A stretch of DNA of 64,000 nt, from NCBI GenBank assembly GCA_963849735.1, contig CAWKJE010000016.1, forward strand, positions 54,086 to 118,085. The letters are read 5' to 3'. The notes below the pieces were generated by a model, which saw only the letters and a program-made list of their open reading frames with translations, did no database searches and had not been told where the DNA came from. Numbering within the stretch: position 1 is the stretch's first letter; each line of letters opens with the position of its first letter. This stretch comes from an uncultured delta proteobacterium. GTDB lineage: Bacteria > Myxococcota_A > Polyangia > Fen-1088. Positions 10,201 to 19,789 of the stretch are shown here, in pieces. Made by a program: the position numbers and the translations under genes.

Positions 10201-10362
10201 GACGGTGGCGCCACCACCAGCGCCATCCGCCAGGCTGCGATAGAGGAGTCGGTATCCACCACCATACAGAACGACCACTACTTCCAGGAATCACTGGGCG
10301 TGTACTCCATGCTGTTCCTGTCGGGCAACTTCCCCAACCCGATGACAGCGGCGGGCAACTGA
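7265..10362 (+). pseudogene. Large lipoprotein with a C-terminal GH8-family catalytic domain; its reading frame is broken twice (frameshifted gene or sequencing indels)
   Basis: Frame 2 from 7265 gives the lipoprotein signal MKPNEFNYLIAVTLATLASAC and stops at 7442. After an 11-C homopolymer (7413-7423) the long ORF continues in frame 0 (track ORF 7305..9836). GH8 hallmarks are present: TVSEGQGYGMAMAAAIGDKD (catalytic Glu region) and AFDGDVDIGIGLLFGALQW (close to the GH8 PROSITE pattern). The C-terminal part of the domain continues in frame 1 (track ORF 9814..10362, ...NDHYFQESLGVYSMLFLSGNFP), so there is a second shift near 9780-9815. The middle ~500 aa is a W/Y/P-rich domain of unknown type. 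Confidence 0.55.
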
Positions 10363-10506
10363 GACAGCAACCGTCTGAGCGGGCGGGCGCGCCTCGGCCG
10401 GCACGGTGGCGGTCTCGCCGCCACCGGCGCTCTCGTCTCGCCCCGCAGCGGTTGCGTCGCTTATCCTCTTGCCAAGGGCCAGCGAGACCCCCAAGATCGT
10501 GCCACC

Positions 10507-11304
10507 ATGAGTCAACGTTTCGCTTGGATTGCCTTCGCCACCGTCTTGGGTGCCGCGGGGCCCGCGCTTGCCATCACCAAGACTGACCGGCGCGCCAAGG
10601 AGAACGAGGCGCGCGAGGCATGCCTCGACGGCAACTACACCGGAGGAGTCGCCATCCTCTCTAAGCTGTTCGTCGAGACCAAGGACATGACGTACATCTT
10701 CAACCAGGGCCGCTGCTTCGAACAAAACCAGCGCTATCAGGACGCCATCGCGCGCTTTCGAGAGTACCTGCGCGCCGGGCGCAATAGCCCGGACGCCGCC
10801 GGCCAGGCCGAGGCCGAGCGGCACATCGCCGACTGCCAGGAGATGCTGGCCCAGGAGCACGCATCCCCCGCTACGCCTCCACCTGTCTCGGCCTCACCGC
10901 CCGCGACTCCTGCTGCGTCAGAGCCTGCCCCGACGCCCGGACCCGCCATCGTCGGCCGGCCCACGGCGGAGCCCGCTGCCACCGCCAGCGAGGCGGGGTT
11001 ACGCACGGGCGGCGTGGTAGTGGCGGCGGTTGGCGTCGCAGCCCTGGGCACCGGCGTCGCCCTCAACCTGAAAGCCAACAGCGCCACCGAGGCCATGTAC
11101 TCCACCAACGGCTACACCCAGGACTCCGACCGCAAGACCTATACCACCCTGGCCTGGGTCGGCTACGGGGTCGGCGCGGCCTGTCTCGCCACCGGTGCCG
11201 TCCTCTACACGGTCGGGCTCCGGGCCAGGGGGGGCAGCAACGTCGCGCTCGTCCCTGCCGTCGGCCCCACCTTCGCTGGCGCTGCCCTCGCAGGAGGATT
11301 CTGA
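10507..11304 (+). CDS. Hypothetical secreted/membrane protein (TPR-like N-domain, Pro-rich linker, two TM helices)
   Basis: Signal peptide MSQRFAWIAFATVLGAAGPALA. The helical region resembles one or two TPR units. A P/A/T-rich linker and predicted C-terminal TM helices follow. The stop overlaps the next start (ATGA), indicating translational coupling. Confidence 0.45.
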   Translation: MSQRFAWIAFATVLGAAGPALAITKTDRRAKENEAREACLDGNYTGGVAILSKLFVETKDMTYIFNQGRCFEQNQRYQDAIARFREYLRAGRNSPDAAGQAEAERHIADCQEMLAQEHASPATPPPVSASPPATPAASEPAPTPGPAIVGRPTAEPAATASEAGLRTGGVVVAAVGVAALGTGVALNLKANSATEAMYSTNGYTQDSDRKTYTTLAWVGYGVGAACLATGAVLYTVGLRARGGSNVALVPAVGPTFAGAALAGGF

Positions 11305-13223
11305 TGAAGACATCATTCCTCGCACGGCGAGCCCGTGCTCTGTCCGTCACACTCCTCGGCATCGCCTTGGGTGCCCTACCAGTCGCGGGTTGCTTCAAAG
11401 CGGCCCCCGACACTTCCCAGCTCAAGTGCACGACCCAGGCCGGCTGCCCCGCCGACTACTACTGCGCATCCGACCAAAAGTGCCACCTGGGGGCCGCAGA
11501 TGGGGGCGCGGGCTCCGGCGCAGGTGGCGCCGGGGGAGCTGCGCTCGACGGACCAGGCAATACCGGCGGCGCACGCGATGGCGCGTTGACGTACGGAGGG
11601 TCCGATGGCTCATCCGCGCTCACGGAGGGTGGGCCAAGCAGCCAAGGCGGAGGCGGAGTTGGCCAGGGCAGCCTTGGCTCGGGAGGAGTTGCTGGCGGTC
11701 CCGTAAACGGGGGCGCCTCTGGCGGCGCACTGCCGGGCTCTGGAGGCTCACCCGGCGACGCCAGCCACGGAACCGGAGGGATGGCTCCCGACGCTCCACT
11801 CTCCGCCGGGGGCGCTGGCTCGCCTGACGCGCTCATCACTCCCGATGCTTCGACCACGTTGGCCATAGGCGCAACGTGTACTAGCCCCAGCCAGTGCACG
11901 AGCGGCTACTGTGTCGACGGCGTTTGCTGCTCCGAGCCATGCAGCGGTCAGTGTCAATCGTGCAGTCAAGCCGGATCGCCTGGACAATGCGTTGCGATCA
12001 AGGGCTCTCCTATCGCGCCGCGGGCTGCCTGCGCCGGCAAGGGTACCTGCCAGGGGCAGTGCAACGGGAGCGGACAAGAGTGTACCTTCGACAACACCAC
12101 GGTCTGTGCGCCCCAGAGCTGCTCGCAGGGGGTGCGCACCAACAAGTCAATATGCGATGGCAAGGGCGACTGTCCAGTTCAGACCACCACCGCCTGCACC
12201 GACAACCAGTGCACAACCGACGGCACCGACTGCTCGACCTGCACCGACAATTCCTCGGCCACCACTTGCTCGGGCGGCCACTGCGGCCCGACAGTTGATA
12301 ACTGCGGCAACACGGTTAGCTGTGGGACCTGCGCCACCGGAACGTGCGTAAGCGGAACCTGCTGCGTCCCAAACTGCACCGGCAAGTGTGGCGGCGCCGG
12401 CGACACCTGCGGAGGAACATGCACCGGCACTTGCGGGGCCGGGAAGACCTGCGTGAACGAGTCATGCGTGTGTGCTCCGAACTGCACCAACAAGTGTGGC
12501 GGCGCCAGCGACGGGTGCGGAGGAACGTGTACCGGCACCTGCGGATCCGGACAAAACTGCTATCAGCAACAATGCTGCACTCCAGTCGGGCAGAGCCAAA
12601 CCTGCGGAACTGCCACGTGTGGCAAGGTGACTGACAACTGCGGCAACCAGGTTACCTGCGGCACCGGTACCTGCCCGTCGGGACAGACGTGCAACACCAG
12701 CGGGTCCTGCGAGTGCCCGCTCGGCAGCTATCTCTGCAGCACCTGCCTCGGCTGGGGTTTTCAATCGGGCGTCGGCTCGTGGGAAGTTAACACCACCATA
12801 CCGAACGCCATTTTGGGTAGCCTCGCTCAGGCCGCGCTGCATCCGCCGGATGCCACCAACTCTCTGACATTCTTTGCCAGCACGGATCCCAACGGTCCCA
12901 ACGCAGCGACTATCATGACCCCGTTGTGCTCAGGCGGCGGCGCGGTGAGCCTCAACGGGCTGACCTTGAGCCTGGAGATCTATGTCGACGCTACGCTCGA
13001 CGGCAGCACCATCATGTGGCTCGGTGAATACCAGGGTGGGGAACAGACGGGCGGTTCCTTGGGGGATGGCAGTACGCTGACCGCCGGCACGTGGTACAGC
13101 TTCACCGCAACCGGCCCCGTCAGCGACGCTCCGCCCTTGGATACGGTCTGGCTCATCATCGGCACGAGCTCCTCTTCCTCCTGGAGCGGCGACGTTTACC
13201 TGGCTGACATACAGTTCAAGTAG
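11304..13223 (+). CDS. Cys-rich-repeat secreted lipoprotein (myxobacterial CxxC-rich repeats) with a C-terminal beta-sandwich-like domain
   Basis: Lipoprotein signal (...LGALPVAGCF). There are more than 10 repeats of the type C-T/A-x-K-C-G-G-x-x-D-x-C-G-G-T-C-T-G-T-C-G-x-G-x-x-C, resembling the Myxococcales cysteine-rich repeat family. The C-terminal ~170 aa has a lectin/CBM-like character. Confidence 0.6.
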   Translation: MKTSFLARRARALSVTLLGIALGALPVAGCFKAAPDTSQLKCTTQAGCPADYYCASDQKCHLGAADGGAGSGAGGAGGAALDGPGNTGGARDGALTYGGSDGSSALTEGGPSSQGGGGVGQGSLGSGGVAGGPVNGGASGGALPGSGGSPGDASHGTGGMAPDAPLSAGGAGSPDALITPDASTTLAIGATCTSPSQCTSGYCVDGVCCSEPCSGQCQSCSQAGSPGQCVAIKGSPIAPRAACAGKGTCQGQCNGSGQECTFDNTTVCAPQSCSQGVRTNKSICDGKGDCPVQTTTACTDNQCTTDGTDCSTCTDNSSATTCSGGHCGPTVDNCGNTVSCGTCATGTCVSGTCCVPNCTGKCGGAGDTCGGTCTGTCGAGKTCVNESCVCAPNCTNKCGGASDGCGGTCTGTCGSGQNCYQQQCCTPVGQSQTCGTATCGKVTDNCGNQVTCGTGTCPSGQTCNTSGSCECPLGSYLCSTCLGWGFQSGVGSWEVNTTIPNAILGSLAQAALHPPDATNSLTFFASTDPNGPNAATIMTPLCSGGGAVSLNGLTLSLEIYVDATLDGSTIMWLGEYQGGEQTGGSLGDGSTLTAGTWYSFTATGPVSDAPPLDTVWLIIGTSSSSSWSGDVYLADIQFK

Positions 13224-13303
13224 CGCGCTGCACACACAAATGCGCCAGAGCCGAGCGTTCTTCCCGTCCGCGGCTCAGGATCGGGTTAGAACGTGGTTGC
13301 TTG

Positions 13304-15286
13304 CTACTTACCGTACCCGGCGGCGACTACGGTGACTTGCACGGCGTCTTCCGTGGCATCGGTCGGGTACCCGAAAACGATGGCCCCTTCATAGAAGGTT
13401 CCGTCGCTTTGGTTGGCGCCCCCGTTCGGTTTGCAGCAGTCGCCGCCGCAGCCAAGGATGAGCGCGCCTTGCTTCTTCATGGGGCTCCATCCATTTGCCG
13501 GAAGGGAACCCTGATAATACGTGCTCAAGCTGCCGGATGTTGCGTCGCCCCCACGAAGTACGAACTCCGTGGTCCCGTTGTTCCTGAGCACAGCAGTTAC
13601 ATAGGCGCTGGTCTGGGTCGGGTCGCTCTGGTTCTTGCCATATTGCGGCGAGCCTTCGGAGAACAACCCAGCCTCCAGATCGGCCATCACCCACGGGCCC
13701 GACCCAGCCCCGGTGCCCCAGGCCGCGGTCGAGCTGAAGTTGATGGCATCCATAGCGGCCGGGCCATCCCCAGTCCGATCGGTTTCACTATTCCCGTAGT
13801 CGAAGCAACAACCCCCGTTGGAGTGCGTGCCGCTGGTCACCATGTAGATGCCCTCGGGCTGGGCGCCGGTGGCCATGCCCGTTTTGGAGCCGTCGTGCCA
13901 GTAGCAATTACCGGGTTTGATGAAGAGCGAGTAGACTTTGTGGCCGCCCACGGTGAGCGACTCATTGGTCGCATTGGCCGGGCTGCTGGACGTCGAGGCC
14001 GGGACTTCAGTCGACCCCTGGTACCACAGGTCGTTGCCCTTGCCCGACTGGTCGTACACCACTGTTATCACGCAGGTGGAGCCCGCGCAGAAGGTGTCCT
14101 GGGGCCCTGAGTCGGCGATGCCACCCGGGGCAAGGGTCAGTATATCCTGCGTCGTATTGTCCGAGCGCCTCACCTGGTAGAGCTTGCCGCTGTAGGCAGC
14201 ATAGAGAGCGCGCACCGTGCTGTGCGCGGCCACGCACGGGGTGTTGGCGGCACCATAGATATCGCAAGGCCCCATGGCTCCGCTCGCCCCCGCCGCTCCG
14301 CCATCTGCACCTCCCGAGCCAGGCGATCCGCCCGCGTTGCCTCCGGCCGCCGTGGAGCTGCCACCCGTGTGACCGCTAGCGCCGCCCGCACCGCTGGCTC
14401 CTCCCCCATGGGAACCACCTGCACCCGCCTGCCCACCACCCGCTCCCCCGCTAGCCGCACTGCTCTTTTGCAGCACGATCGATCCGGTCAGGGTTGGGCT
14501 GGTGCTCTGGGGAGTCAAGGTGAGCCCGGAAGCGGTAGCGCAATACTGGTATTGGCCATTGCCATCGATGGTCATCGTGTTGCCCGACGTGGCGTAGTTG
14601 CCATTGTTTGAGGCGCTGGGGGATACCAGGCCAATTCCCCCTGACTGACTTACCGTGCCAGTGCAGTTGCATCCGCCACCGCTCGCCGACTCGCAATCCA
14701 GGGCGGTGTAGCCAAGAGCACTGCCGAGCAGGCTGGCCCAGCCCGAGCATCCCACCTGCGTCCCCGACACCAGCAAACACGAGGCCGCCAGGGGGAACTG
14801 CTCGGTGCCCTGTGTGGTTGTGTTGTCCGTGTAGGTGTAAGTGGGTCCGGGGCTGGCCGTCCACGTTCCCGTCACCTGCAAGGACCCGGTCACCGACACC
14901 GATGGGCAACTGGGGCCGGAGCCGATATCCTGCAAGTTCAACTGCCCGGTGACGCCCAGACAACCCGAGGCTACGCTCCAGGTTCCCACCAGGTCGCCTC
15001 CACAGGGGGTGGCGCTAGAGCTGGCGGCACAGGTGCTGCCGGCCTGGGATCCACCTTTGCCGCCGGCGCTTCCTCCCGCGCCGCTTCCCGCGGCACCGTT
15101 GCCAGCACCGCCCGAGCTCGTAGCTCCCGCAGCCGTGCTCCCACCTCTGCCGCTTGCGCCACCCGAGCCGCTACCTCCGCCTCCCCCATTGGAAGAGGAT
15201 TTCACGGAACAACCGGTGGACACGACCGCAAGACAAAGTGCGGCATTCAGCAGGGCTGACCTGGGGAAAGCGTGGGTACGTGACAT
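13304..15286 (-). CDS. GH54-like alpha-L-arabinofuranosidase lipoprotein; a novel N-terminal 8-Cys domain replaces CBM42
   Basis: Start ATG at 15286 with a GGAG SD. Lipoprotein signal MSRTHAFPRSALLNAALCLAVVSTGCS. G/S linker, then a ~190-aa Cys-containing domain. The C-terminal ~320 aa is co-linear with the fungal AbfB (GH54) catalytic domain (GPCDIYGAANTPCVAAHSTVRALYAAY...CCFDYGNSETD...GSGPWVMADLE...TFYEGAIVFGYPTDATEDAVQ). The protein stops right after the catalytic domain, with no CBM42. The track ORF to 16162 is an antisense over-extension. Confidence 0.75.
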   Translation of the reverse strand: MSRTHAFPRSALLNAALCLAVVSTGCSVKSSSNGGGGGSGSGGASGRGGSTAAGATSSGGAGNGAAGSGAGGSAGGKGGSQAGSTCAASSSATPCGGDLVGTWSVASGCLGVTGQLNLQDIGSGPSCPSVSVTGSLQVTGTWTASPGPTYTYTDNTTTQGTEQFPLAASCLLVSGTQVGCSGWASLLGSALGYTALDCESASGGGCNCTGTVSQSGGIGLVSPSASNNGNYATSGNTMTIDGNGQYQYCATASGLTLTPQSTSPTLTGSIVLQKSSAASGGAGGGQAGAGGSHGGGASGAGGASGHTGGSSTAAGGNAGGSPGSGGADGGAAGASGAMGPCDIYGAANTPCVAAHSTVRALYAAYSGKLYQVRRSDNTTQDILTLAPGGIADSGPQDTFCAGSTCVITVVYDQSGKGNDLWYQGSTEVPASTSSSPANATNESLTVGGHKVYSLFIKPGNCYWHDGSKTGMATGAQPEGIYMVTSGTHSNGGCCFDYGNSETDRTGDGPAAMDAINFSSTAAWGTGAGSGPWVMADLEAGLFSEGSPQYGKNQSDPTQTSAYVTAVLRNNGTTEFVLRGGDATSGSLSTYYQGSLPANGWSPMKKQGALILGCGGDCCKPNGGANQSDGTFYEGAIVFGYPTDATEDAVQVTVVAAGYGK

Positions 15287-15536
15287 AAAGCTCCTCTTGC
15301 CGTGACGGATAGAGTCGGGCCAATGGGCCATCGCCTGAAGACACGCCGGGACATGGGATCGCGACATGTTCGTCTCATCTATTGTCAGGACCAAGCAGAA
15401 TTGCCAATCGCCCCGCCCTCGTGGGTGCGGCCGCCCCCCGCTGCCGAGACGTCGCCGCGTGCGGGCCGGACACTCCGCCCACGTGCGTGCGGCCGCCCCT
15501 GCCCATTCACGCGGGCGACGGTGTCTAGCTACCAAG

Positions 15537-17654
15537 ATGACACCCACCTCAGCGCTACCCAGGGCTTCCTCGGTTCTTGCCCTCCTCCTGGCCGCCACCC
15601 TAGGCTGCTCGACCAATAACTCGACCCCTCCGGCTGGCAGCGGCGGCTCGGGACGCGGGGGCAGCGGGGAAGGCGGCCGGCCGGCGAGCGGCGGCATCGT
15701 GGCCAGCGGAGGGTCCTCCGCCAGCGGCGGCACCACCTCGACCGGGGGAATGGCAGCCGGGGGAAAGGCGAGCGGCGGCACGGCCGGAAGCGGAGGCCAG
15801 GCCCCGGCGGGCGGGGCGGGAGGTGGCTTGGGCTCGGGCGGTGCCAGCGGCTCCGGGACCGGGACCGGAACCGCAACGGGCGGCGGGGCGGGGACGGGCG
15901 GCCAGAACGGCGGAGCCACCGGCCCGGGCGGCAAGGGCTCGGCCGGTGCCACGGGCACGGGCGGGAGCAGCGGGCCGTCGACGACCTCGGCGTGCACGCC
16001 GTCATGCGCCAACAAGACCTGCGGCAGCGACGGTTGCAATGGCACCTGCGGCGGGTGTCCTCCCACCCAGATGTGTGGCGCCAGCGGCAGCTGCCAAACC
16101 CCGAGCGGCTCGGGCATTACCGTCGATACTACCTCCCAGCTCACCCCGATTTCCCCCGACATCTACGGCGTGGCCTTCGCTACTGCCACGGGCGACGACT
16201 CTTACAAGGTCGCCACCCTGGACCGCTGGGGCGGCGATGCCGAGACCAGCTACAACTGGCAGAAGGATCTGCACAACTCCGGCGGAGACTGGATGTGCGC
16301 GAACTACACCGGGGGTGGGACCGGGAACAGCAGCGACACCTTCGTGCAGACCAACAAGACCTGGGGGATCGACACCCTGATGACCATTCCCATCACGGGC
16401 TGGCTGGCCAACGTGGCCACCTCTACCGATACAACCTACAGCTCACTCCTCGGTCAGAACCTCAGCTTCTGCAACTATCCCCAGCTCGCCGACGGCGGGC
16501 TCCTGACCTCGAGCACCTGTTGCCAGGCCATCGGCGCCCAGGAATCGACCCTGGTCGACAAGGGCTCGAACCACCTCGACACCAGCTTCATGGGTAACTG
16601 GGTGACACACCTGGTCTCGACCTTCGGATCGGCGGCCAGTGGCGGGGTGAAGTATTACCAGCTCGACAACGAGCCCGACAACTGGCAGGGCCTGCGCCAG
16701 GACATCTATCCCTCGCTCTATCCTCCGGGCACCAACTGCATGGATTACTCGGTGGCGATTGCCTCGGGCAACGAGGCGGGCGCATCGCCCAACGAGGACA
16801 TCATGAACCGCTCGGTGGCCTACGCTACCGCCATCAAAACCGCCGATCCCACGGCCCAGGTGCTGTTCCTGTCCGTCATGAACCCGGACGACACCATCAA
16901 CCTGATGCAGACCGAGTGCGGGGTCGGGAGCTGGGGCAGCGCCACCGTCCCCTACACCGCCACCAACTCTTACGCCATGGCCATGCTGGCCAGGGGCAAG
17001 CAATACGAGAGCACCAACCAGCAGCGCATCTTCGACTGCATGGACACCCATTACCCTGGCACCGCGCAGGCCATGTGGACAAACACCTTCTCTAAGTTCC
17101 AGGGCTGGATCGACTCCAGCTACCCCGGCACCGCCACCTGCATCAGCGAGTACAACGTGGCCAACGACACTTCCGACCCCACCACGACCAGCCAGGAGGC
17201 CGACTATCTCGGCACCTTCGGGGTGATGGGCGTCCGCCTGGCCGCGTACTGGACAACCCTTACCCATACCGACTCGAGCAGCAACAGCCTCGTGCACAAT
17301 TACACCTACAACGCCTTCGCCATGTTCCGCAATTACGACGGCGCGGGCAGTACCTTCGGTAACGTTTCCGTGGGCGCGGCCAGCTCGTACAGCGGCGTGC
17401 ATGCCTACGCCGCCACCGATTCGGCCACCAGCCCGAGCAAGCTCTGGCTCATGCTCGTCAACACCGGCACCACCGCCCAGAGCAGCATGACCATCGCCAT
17501 CAAGGGCTTCACCCCCGCTGCCACCGCCCAAGTCTATCAATCGACCGGCGGCGCCGCACCTGCGGCCGGCACCAGCGTGGCCATCGGCAACGGCCAGATC
17601 TCGGGCGTGTCCATCGCCGCCAACACCGTCATGCTCATCGCGCTGACCCACTGA
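15537..17654 (+). CDS. GH44-family glycoside hydrolase lipoprotein (endoglucanase/xyloglucanase class) with one N-terminal Cys-rich repeat
   Basis: Lipoprotein signal MTPTSALPRASSVLALLLAATLGCS. A G/S/A linker, then CTPSCANKTCGSDGCNGTCGGC. The GH44 hallmark is ATLDRWGGDAETSYNWQKDLHNSGGDW, followed by a TIM barrel and a C-terminal beta-sandwich. The track ORF starts at 15366 in the leader. Confidence 0.7.
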   Translation: MTPTSALPRASSVLALLLAATLGCSTNNSTPPAGSGGSGRGGSGEGGRPASGGIVASGGSSASGGTTSTGGMAAGGKASGGTAGSGGQAPAGGAGGGLGSGGASGSGTGTGTATGGGAGTGGQNGGATGPGGKGSAGATGTGGSSGPSTTSACTPSCANKTCGSDGCNGTCGGCPPTQMCGASGSCQTPSGSGITVDTTSQLTPISPDIYGVAFATATGDDSYKVATLDRWGGDAETSYNWQKDLHNSGGDWMCANYTGGGTGNSSDTFVQTNKTWGIDTLMTIPITGWLANVATSTDTTYSSLLGQNLSFCNYPQLADGGLLTSSTCCQAIGAQESTLVDKGSNHLDTSFMGNWVTHLVSTFGSAASGGVKYYQLDNEPDNWQGLRQDIYPSLYPPGTNCMDYSVAIASGNEAGASPNEDIMNRSVAYATAIKTADPTAQVLFLSVMNPDDTINLMQTECGVGSWGSATVPYTATNSYAMAMLARGKQYESTNQQRIFDCMDTHYPGTAQAMWTNTFSKFQGWIDSSYPGTATCISEYNVANDTSDPTTTSQEADYLGTFGVMGVRLAAYWTTLTHTDSSSNSLVHNYTYNAFAMFRNYDGAGSTFGNVSVGAASSYSGVHAYAATDSATSPSKLWLMLVNTGTTAQSSMTIAIKGFTPAATAQVYQSTGGAAPAAGTSVAIGNGQISGVSIAANTVMLIALTH

Positions 17655-17711
17655 CGCGGCGATCGCGGCCCGGGTCGCCAGCCGCCGGTCGGCAACCGCC
17701 GGGAAAAGGGC

Positions 17712-17750
17712 TTGACTTTGTCGTCCGCAGGGACAGCATGTCCCTTCTAA
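17712..17750 (+). promoter_or_regulatory. Candidate promoter/operator upstream of the sulfate ABC transporter operon
   Basis: TTGACT (17712-17717), followed by the inverted repeat GGGACA-gca-TGTCCC (17730-17744), about 35 bp before the sbp ATG. Confidence 0.3.
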
Positions 17751-17779
17751 GAGACAACGATCCCTTGGAGTAGCTCACG

Positions 17780-18793
17780 ATGAAAATCCGACTAGTCGCA
17801 TCCCTTTTGGCCCTTCTCGCCGGGCTCTTGCCCACCGCGCTTGCCCAGGGCAAGGAGGTTTCCCTGCTCAACGTATCGTACAATCCCACCCGCGAGCTCT
17901 ATAGCGCGCTCAACGCCGCCTTCGCCCGCTCCTGGAAGGCCAAGACTGGCGATGACGTCAAGGTCAGCCAATCCCACGGCGGCTCGGCCAAGCAAGCCCG
18001 CTCGGTCATCGACGGCTTGGATGCCGACGTGGTCACCTTGGCCCTGGCTTACGACATCGACGCCATCGCCGAGAATACCGGCAAGCTGCCCGCTGACTGG
18101 CAGAAGCGGCTACCCTCGAATGCCTCGCCCTACACCTCGACCATCGTGCTAGTGGTGCGCCCGGGCAATCCCAAAGCCATCAAAGGCTGGGACGACCTGG
18201 TGCGGCCCGACATCAAGGTGATAACCCCCAATCCCAAGACCTCGGGCGGCGCGCGCTGGAACTACCTGGCGGTGTGGGGATACGCCACGAGTAAGTGGGG
18301 CGGTGACGAGGCCAAGGTGCGCGATTTCGTCGCCCGCCTCTATCGCAACGTCCCCGTGCTGGATTCCGGAGCGCGCGGCGCCACCACCACCTTCGCGCAG
18401 CGCCATATCGGCGACGTGCTCATCGCCTGGGAGAACGAGGCGCTCATGCTGCAAGCCGAGCTCGGGCGCGACAAGATCGAGATCGTGGTGCCCACGCTGA
18501 GCATCTTGGCCGAGCCCCCGGTGGCAGTGGTGGACAAGAACGCCGCTCGGCACGGCACGGCCGCCCTGGCCAAGGCCTACCTCGACTACCTGTACTCGAC
18601 CGAGGGCCAGGAAATCATCGCCAAGAGCTTCTACCGGCCGCGCGCGCCCGAAGTCGCGGCCCGGTACGCCTCGCGCTTCCCCAAGCTCAAGCTGCTCACC
18701 GTCGACCAAGACTTCGGCGGCTGGCAGAAGGCGCAGAGGACGCATTTCGCGGACGGCGGCACCTTCGACCAGCTCTACTCGGCGGAGAGGTGA
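17780..18793 (+). CDS. sbp: Sulfate/thiosulfate ABC transporter substrate-binding protein
   Basis: Signal peptide. Strong family resemblance ([11 protein letters not shown]...[32 protein letters not shown]...[19 protein letters not shown]). Confidence 0.85.
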   Translation: MKIRLVASLLALLAGLLPTALAQGKEVSLLNVSYNPTRELYSALNAAFARSWKAKTGDDVKVSQSHGGSAKQARSVIDGLDADVVTLALAYDIDAIAENTGKLPADWQKRLPSNASPYTSTIVLVVRPGNPKAIKGWDDLVRPDIKVITPNPKTSGGARWNYLAVWGYATSKWGGDEAKVRDFVARLYRNVPVLDSGARGATTTFAQRHIGDVLIAWENEALMLQAELGRDKIEIVVPTLSILAEPPVAVVDKNAARHGTAALAKAYLDYLYSTEGQEIIAKSFYRPRAPEVAARYASRFPKLKLLTVDQDFGGWQKAQRTHFADGGTFDQLYSAER

Positions 18794-18916
18794 CGCGCGC
18801 CCACTACGGCGCGACGAGCCACCCGCACCCGACCGTCAAGCTCATAGACGCCTGTCCGTTTTACCAGAATTGGGGTTGACAGGCACGATGAGCGGCGCCC
18901 ACACTTTATCTCGAGC

Positions 18917-19789
18917 ATGAACACCCCGGCAGCCTCGGATGCAAGGTCGCGAGCAGCGCGCTCGGGCTGGCGCGTTGGACCGTTACCTGGATTCCACCCT
19001 ACCTTGGGCTTCGTCGTGCTCTATCTCAGCCTGGTGGTGCTCATGCCCCTGGCCGCCCTGGTGCTGAAGGCTTCTGGTCTCGGATGGTCCGAGCTGTGGA
19101 CCACGATCAGCAGCACCCGCGCGCTGGCAGCCTACCGCCTCAGCTTCGGTGGCGCCCTCGTCGCCGCCGCCATCAACGCTGGCGCAGGCTTCCTCCTGGC
19201 CTGGGTTCTGGTGCGTTACCGCTTCCCGGGCCGCGCCCTGGTGGATGCCGTGATCGATCTTCCCCTGGCTCTCCCCACCGCGGTAGCCGGGATTGCCCTG
19301 ACCGCCATCTACGCTCCCACCGGCACCTTGGGCGCCTTCCTCGAAAGCCACGGGGTCAAGGTGGCCTTCTCCCCGCTCGGAGTCGTGCTGGCCATGGTCT
19401 TCGTTGGCCTCCCCTTTACCGTGCGCGCGGTGCAGCCGGTCCTCATGAGCCTGGACCCTCAACTCGAAGAAGCGGCAGCCGTCCTCGGCGCATCACGCCT
19501 GCGCACCTTTCTGCGCGTCATCCTGCCCGTGCTCATCCCCCCCGTGCTCACGGGCTTCGCCCTGGCGTTCGCGCGCGCCGTGGGTGAGTACGGCTCGATA
19601 GTCTTCATTTCGGGCAACATGCCCAACCAGACCGAGATCGTGCCCCTGCTCATCGTCACCAAGCTGGAGCAGTTCCAGTACCAGAATGCCGCCGCGCTCG
19701 CTCTCGTCATGCTAGCGGGCTCCCTCGTGACCTTGATGGGGGTGAATCTACTGCAAGCCTGGAGCCGGCGCGGGAGCGACCATGGCTGA
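18917..19789 (+). CDS. cysT: Sulfate ABC transporter permease
   Basis: Six-TM ABC permease with the EAA loop (EAAAVLGASRLRTFLRVILP). It is the first of two adjacent permeases after sbp. Confidence 0.8.
   Translation: MNTPAASDARSRAARSGWRVGPLPGFHPTLGFVVLYLSLVVLMPLAALVLKASGLGWSELWTTISSTRALAAYRLSFGGALVAAAINAGAGFLLAWVLVRYRFPGRALVDAVIDLPLALPTAVAGIALTAIYAPTGTLGAFLESHGVKVAFSPLGVVLAMVFVGLPFTVRAVQPVLMSLDPQLEEAAAVLGASRLRTFLRVILPVLIPPVLTGFALAFARAVGEYGSIVFISGNMPNQTEIVPLLIVTKLEQFQYQNAAALALVMLAGSLVTLMGVNLLQAWSRRGSDHG

Noticed and set aside
15287-16162. 5' extension of the track ORF 13304..16162 (952 aa)
   Set aside because: The extension is antisense to the start of the GH44 gene and has no signal peptide. 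An internal ATG at 15286 has a GGAG SD and is immediately followed by a lipoprotein signal, so that ATG is taken as the true start.
16443-17651. 402-aa minus-strand ORF
   Set aside because: It is antisense to the GH44 catalytic domain.
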